A stretch of DNA of 30,720 nucleotides from an uncultured Chloroflexota bacterium (GTDB lineage: Bacteria > Chloroflexota > Anaerolineae > Promineifilales > Promineifilaceae). The translations under genes were made by a program, and so were the position numbers. Location: contig CALFEW010000728.1 of assembly GCA_937958365.1 (NCBI GenBank), forward strand, positions 1 to 30,720, in the 5' to 3' direction. Below, one piece after another: positions 27,525-30,720 of the stretch; the first letter of the stretch is position 1; every line of letters starts with the position of its first letter. The notes beneath the pieces were generated by a model. It was not told the DNA's origin, did no database searches, and saw only the letters and a program-made list of their open reading frames with translations.

Positions 27525-28769
27525 TCAGACCGATGGAGACAATTTCTCGTATTTTTCCAGCAATCTTTGCGCCACCTGGGACCAGGAAAACAGCGTCTGG
27601 ACACGTTCATATCCCAGGTGTTCCAACTCCTGCCGCAAGTTTTCGTCTTCAAAGACCCGCGTAATCGCGGCCGCCAACGCCTGGACGTCGCCGCGGTCTA
27701 CAAGCAGACCGGCACGGCCGTTATCCGTAATTTCCACCATGCCACCGGCGCGGGTAGCCACCACTGGAATCCGGGTGGTCATCGCTTCCACCAAACTCAT
27801 GCCAAACGATTCACTGTACGAAGGATTCACCAGCACGGCTGCTTTCTGATAATGCTTCACCAGATCAGTCTGGCCCATGCCGCCCAAAAAATTCACCCGT
27901 TGCTTCAGGTGGTCAGGAATCAATCGCTGAAGGTAGTCGCTGTAATCTTCATGATAGAACTTAGCCAACCCACTCACCAGCGGGTCGTTGCTGACGCCGA
28001 CGATAAATTCACTCGGCAGCGCCCCAATCGGACCGGCGATGTCCAGGATGGCGTCTGGATGCTTCTCCGCCACGAGGCAAAACGCTTCAATCAGATCATG
28101 GACGCCTTTTTCTGGCGACACCCGGCCCACAAACAAGATGCGCTTTTCTCTAGTTGAAGCCGACGCCCCATTGTTTTCGGCGCTGACAAAAACATCGGTA
28201 TCCACGCCATTGTAGATGGTCTGGCAGCGTTCCGCGTAGTGCGGGTAGCGCTGACGCGCCAACTCCGCGATGTAGTTGCTCGATCCCAGTATGAGGTCCG
28301 ATTGCTCGATCCGCTGCTCCATCACGTCATAATCAAGCTGGTTCAGCCACTCACAATTCATATGCAGGACAATTTTCGCCTTCGGGTTCAATGCGCGAAT
28401 GATAGGCACAAACTGGGTAAAGTTGTGAATGTGGACAATTTGAACCTTCTGCTGCTTGAGGCTCCAGGCTATCTGGAAAGCATAATCAAAGTAGTAAAGC
28501 CGAGATGCGTAAAGCGGCAGATCGTCGTTCGCCTTGAGTTTGCCCAAATAATTGAGCATCACGCGGTTGGGAATGACCGGCGGGACGAAATGATAGCTGA
28601 CGTTTGGTTGCCCAGTCCACGATTTTTGCAGGTTAGAGCGTTTGCCATAGACCAAAACGTCATGGTTTTGGGCTATCTGCGGTGCAACTTTATAGGTCCA
28701 GATGCCAATGGAGTTTTGGTATGGTGGGATGAGCATGTCCAATGGCTGGTTGACAAAAGCGATTTTCAT
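27525..28769 (-). CDS. GT4 (GT-B) glycosyltransferase
   Basis: IYNGVDT, ILFVGRVSPEKG, VNPSYSESFGMSLVEAM...PVVATRAGG. Start set to ATG 28769 (MKIAFV). Confidence 0.95.
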   Translation of the reverse strand: MKIAFVNQPLDMLIPPYQNSIGIWTYKVAPQIAQNHDVLVYGKRSNLQKSWTGQPNVSYHFVPPVIPNRVMLNYLGKLKANDDLPLYASRLYYFDYAFQIAWSLKQQKVQIVHIHNFTQFVPIIRALNPKAKIVLHMNCEWLNQLDYDVMEQRIEQSDLILGSSNYIAELARQRYPHYAERCQTIYNGVDTDVFVSAENNGASASTREKRILFVGRVSPEKGVHDLIEAFCLVAEKHPDAILDIAGPIGALPSEFIVGVSNDPLVSGLAKFYHEDYSDYLQRLIPDHLKQRVNFLGGMGQTDLVKHYQKAAVLVNPSYSESFGMSLVEAMTTRIPVVATRAGGMVEITDNGRAGLLVDRGDVQALAAAITRVFEDENLRQELEHLGYERVQTLFSWSQVAQRLLEKYEKLSPSV

Positions 28770-28817
28770 AGGCGTGTTGACCTGTTGTTTCCTGACGATA
28801 TGGATCCGGGGAAGGCC

Positions 28818-28850
28818 AGATGGGTCCAATCTCCAAGATTGGACCCATCT
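28818..28850. other. Perfect 15-bp hairpin between the epimerase and GT4 genes
   Basis: AGATGGGTCCAATCT (28818-28832), loop CCA, AGATTGGACCCATCT (28836-28850); 15 nt past the epimerase stop. No U-tract. Confidence 0.75.
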
Positions 28851-28865
28851 AACCAGGTGAAACGA

Positions 28866-29834
28866 TTACAGAGAGGCCGTAGCTGGCTGGTTATTTTTCG
28901 CTTCCCAGGCTTGCGACCAGGCCACAGATTTATGGATGCCATCGCGGAGGGACGTTTGGGGCGTGTAATCTAGCACAGCGCGGGCTTTGCCGATGTTGGC
29001 AACGTAATGGGTCACTTCGCCCACCCGCGCCGGTTTGATGGTCATATCTGGCTCTTTGCCCAGCGCTTCCCCGATAAATTCGGCCATAGCGACGAGGGTA
29101 TTGCCCTGCCCATAAGCCAGATTGATGGTATGGTTGACGGGATGACCGCTGGTGATGAGCTTGATGCCGCGATAGACGCCGTTAATGCAGTCGTCTATGT
29201 AGGTGAAGTCCAGGACCTTCTCTTTGCCATAGACGACAATGGGTTCACCCTGGCCGATTTTGCGCACGAACAGGGGGATGACCCGTTCCATGCGCTCGAT
29301 GTCGTTGTCGTAACGGCCGTACACATTGCTAAACCGAAACACCAGATAACGCAGGCCATAACATTGCGCGTAGGAATAAATCAGCGCTTCCCCGGAAATC
29401 TTACTCGCCGAATAAGGGCTTTCCGTGTAGGCAAAATCGGCGTACGTTTCTTCCGTGATATACCGGTGAATGTCCCCGTAAACTTCCCGCGAGCTGCTGA
29501 AAATGATCGGCAGGTTGTTCTGGCGACAAAACTCCAGCACGTTAAACGTCATGGTGATGTTTTCCAGCGCCCGATCCGGCTGCTCTACCAGTTCATGCAC
29601 TTTGGCATGGGCGGCAAAATGCACCACCACGTCCAGGTTTTCCGGATACTCAATGCCAATACCGCCGGCAAAATGGTGATAAGGCACACTCAAATCCTGA
29701 ATAATGGTGCTGATTTCATTTGTCCAGGTATTTTGCCGTTTATCTACGCCAAAAACCTGATGGCCTTCTTGCTGCAAAAAGAGGCCCAAGTTCGTGCCAA
29801 TTTGCCCGCTTGAACCTGTGATTAATACACGCAT
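28866..29834 (-). CDS. NAD-dependent epimerase/dehydratase (extended SDR, canonical YxxxK)
   Basis: TGSSGQIG, HFAA, SSSREVYG, SPYSASK, RFSNVYG, DFTYIDD. AAGGGAG RBS. Confidence 0.95.
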   Translation of the reverse strand: MRVLITGSSGQIGTNLGLFLQQEGHQVFGVDKRQNTWTNEISTIIQDLSVPYHHFAGGIGIEYPENLDVVVHFAAHAKVHELVEQPDRALENITMTFNVLEFCRQNNLPIIFSSSREVYGDIHRYITEETYADFAYTESPYSASKISGEALIYSYAQCYGLRYLVFRFSNVYGRYDNDIERMERVIPLFVRKIGQGEPIVVYGKEKVLDFTYIDDCINGVYRGIKLITSGHPVNHTINLAYGQGNTLVAMAEFIGEALGKEPDMTIKPARVGEVTHYVANIGKARAVLDYTPQTSLRDGIHKSVAWSQAWEAKNNQPATASL

Positions 29835-29850
29835 CGGAATCTCCCTTAAA

Positions 29851-29874
29851 ATTTCGGATTTTGGATTTCGGATT
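29851..29874. repeat. Short tandem heptamer repeat (ATTTYGG x3.4)
   Basis: ATTTCGG ATTTTGG ATTTCGG ATT in the spacer just upstream of the epimerase RBS. Confidence 0.7.
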
Positions 29875-29912
29875 GAAGCTGTTCAGCGCCGCACGCCATC
29901 AGCGGCCAGACA

Positions 29913-30720
29913 TTACAAGCGCACGATGCGGCTCTTGCGTTTTCCCTGGATGGCGTTGCGCGAGTCTACAATCAAGCCGGCATGGTCCGTAATGAAGTCC
30001 CAATCGTAACTCGCATGATTGGTGACGATGACGACGCAATCGGCCTGTTGCAGGGTTACGGCCGTTAACTCAATCGAATGAAACGACGTGCCGGCCGCCA
30101 CAAAGTCCTGCACGTAGGGATCATGATAGCTCACCTCCGCGCCGCGTTCTTCCAGCAAATCAATCACGTCAATGGCCGGGCTTTCGCGCACGTCGCCAAT
30201 GTTCGGCTTGTAGGCGACGCCCAAAACCAATACCCTGCTGCCATTAATCGCTTTGCGATCGTCATTCAGGGCCATCGCCACTTTGCCCACCACGTAATCC
30301 GGCATGTGGCTGTTCACGTCGTGGGCCAATTCAATAAAGCGGGCTGTGTAATTGAGTGTACGCAGTTTCCAGCTTAGATAGTGGGGGTCCACCGGAATAC
30401 AATGCCCGCCAAGCCCAGGTCCCGGATAAAAAGGCATAAAGCCATACGGCTTCGTCGCCGCCGCCCCGACCACTTCCCAAACGTCCAGCCCCAGTTTGTC
30501 ACACATCAAGGCGATTTCGTTGACCAGGCCAATGTTGACAGCGCGGAACGTGTTTTCCAACAGCTTCACCATTTCGGCCGCGGCTGTGCTGGAAACCGGC
30601 ACCGGCTTTTCGACGACGGTGCTGTATAAGGCCAGGGCAACTTCCAGGCAATCTGGGGTGATGCCGCCAATGACTTTGGGCGTATTGAACATGTTGTAAT
30701 CGGTACGGCCGGGATCAATA
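29913..30720 (-). CDS. Nucleotide-sugar (UDP-HexNAc-type, WbpA/WecC-like) 6-dehydrogenase, 5-prime truncated
   Basis: The frame stays open to the window edge (IDPG, end of the PERxDPG motif). AEMVKLLENTFRAVNI, PGPGLGGHCIPVDP (catalytic Cys), LGVAYKPNIGDVRESPA. Confidence 0.95.
   Translation of the reverse strand, partial: IDPGRTDYNMFNTPKVIGGITPDCLEVALALYSTVVEKPVPVSSTAAAEMVKLLENTFRAVNIGLVNEIALMCDKLGLDVWEVVGAAATKPYGFMPFYPGPGLGGHCIPVDPHYLSWKLRTLNYTARFIELAHDVNSHMPDYVVGKVAMALNDDRKAINGSRVLVLGVAYKPNIGDVRESPAIDVIDLLEERGAEVSYHDPYVQDFVAAGTSFHSIELTAVTLQQADCVVIVTNHASYDWDFITDHAGLIVDSRNAIQGKRKSRIVRL

Larger units (their letters stand above)
300..30065. repeat. Dispersed highly iterated palindrome ACGGCCGT (often AACGGCCGTT)
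   Basis: About 58 exact copies by manual scan, e.g. starting at 300, 325, 588, 909, 989, 1238, 1404, 1506, 1698, 2069, 2461, 5023, 11697, 16919, 17941, 26545, 30058. A random 8-mer at near-even base composition is expected <1 time in 30.7 kb. Confidence 0.95.

Noticed and set aside
300-30065. Repeats as a CRISPR array or IS ends
   Set aside because: No regular repeat-spacer periodicity, and no cas or transposase gene. The palindromes sit inside intact genes.
63-30699. The many short plus-strand and alternative-frame ORFs in the track
   Set aside because: All overlap well-supported minus-strand genes and lack family motifs.
29913-30720. Absence of an initiating phosphoglycosyltransferase and Wza as a novelty
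   Set aside because: The locus is cut by the window edge, and a monoderm host would not need Wza.

Overview
A single-orientation (all minus strand) Wzx/Wzy-type surface or exo-polysaccharide locus of 25 CDS that continues past the right edge. It encodes a UDP-HexNAc-type dehydrogenase, two NAD-dependent epimerase/dehydratases, a DegT-family aminotransferase, seven glycosyltransferases (4 GT2, 3 GT4), three hexapeptide acyltransferases, a PIG-L deacetylase, an FkbM methyltransferase, a Wzx flippase, a Wzy/O-antigen-ligase-family protein, a Wzz/CpsC-like co-polymerase and a CpsD-like kinase homologue with degenerate catalytic motifs. Interleaved are non-enzymatic or unknown proteins: a ~1110-aa double FG-GAP propeller/LamG protein with a C-terminal anchor, a 706-aa protein that appears internally triplicated, a secreted YLP-motif protein with its own sigma70-like promoter, a LysM lipoprotein and a small membrane protein. 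The host is probably Chloroflexota/Anaerolineae (inference from protein style, not a database hit). The strongest non-gene signal is the palindrome ACGGCCGT, seen about 58 times by hand count against <1 expected, in all three reading frames and between genes, resembling cyanobacterial HIP1; its density is patchy along the locus. Four long intergenic or terminal hairpins (two REP-like), a 20-bp tandem duplication and a heptamer tandem repeat are also present. All calls are by motif recognition; no searches were run.
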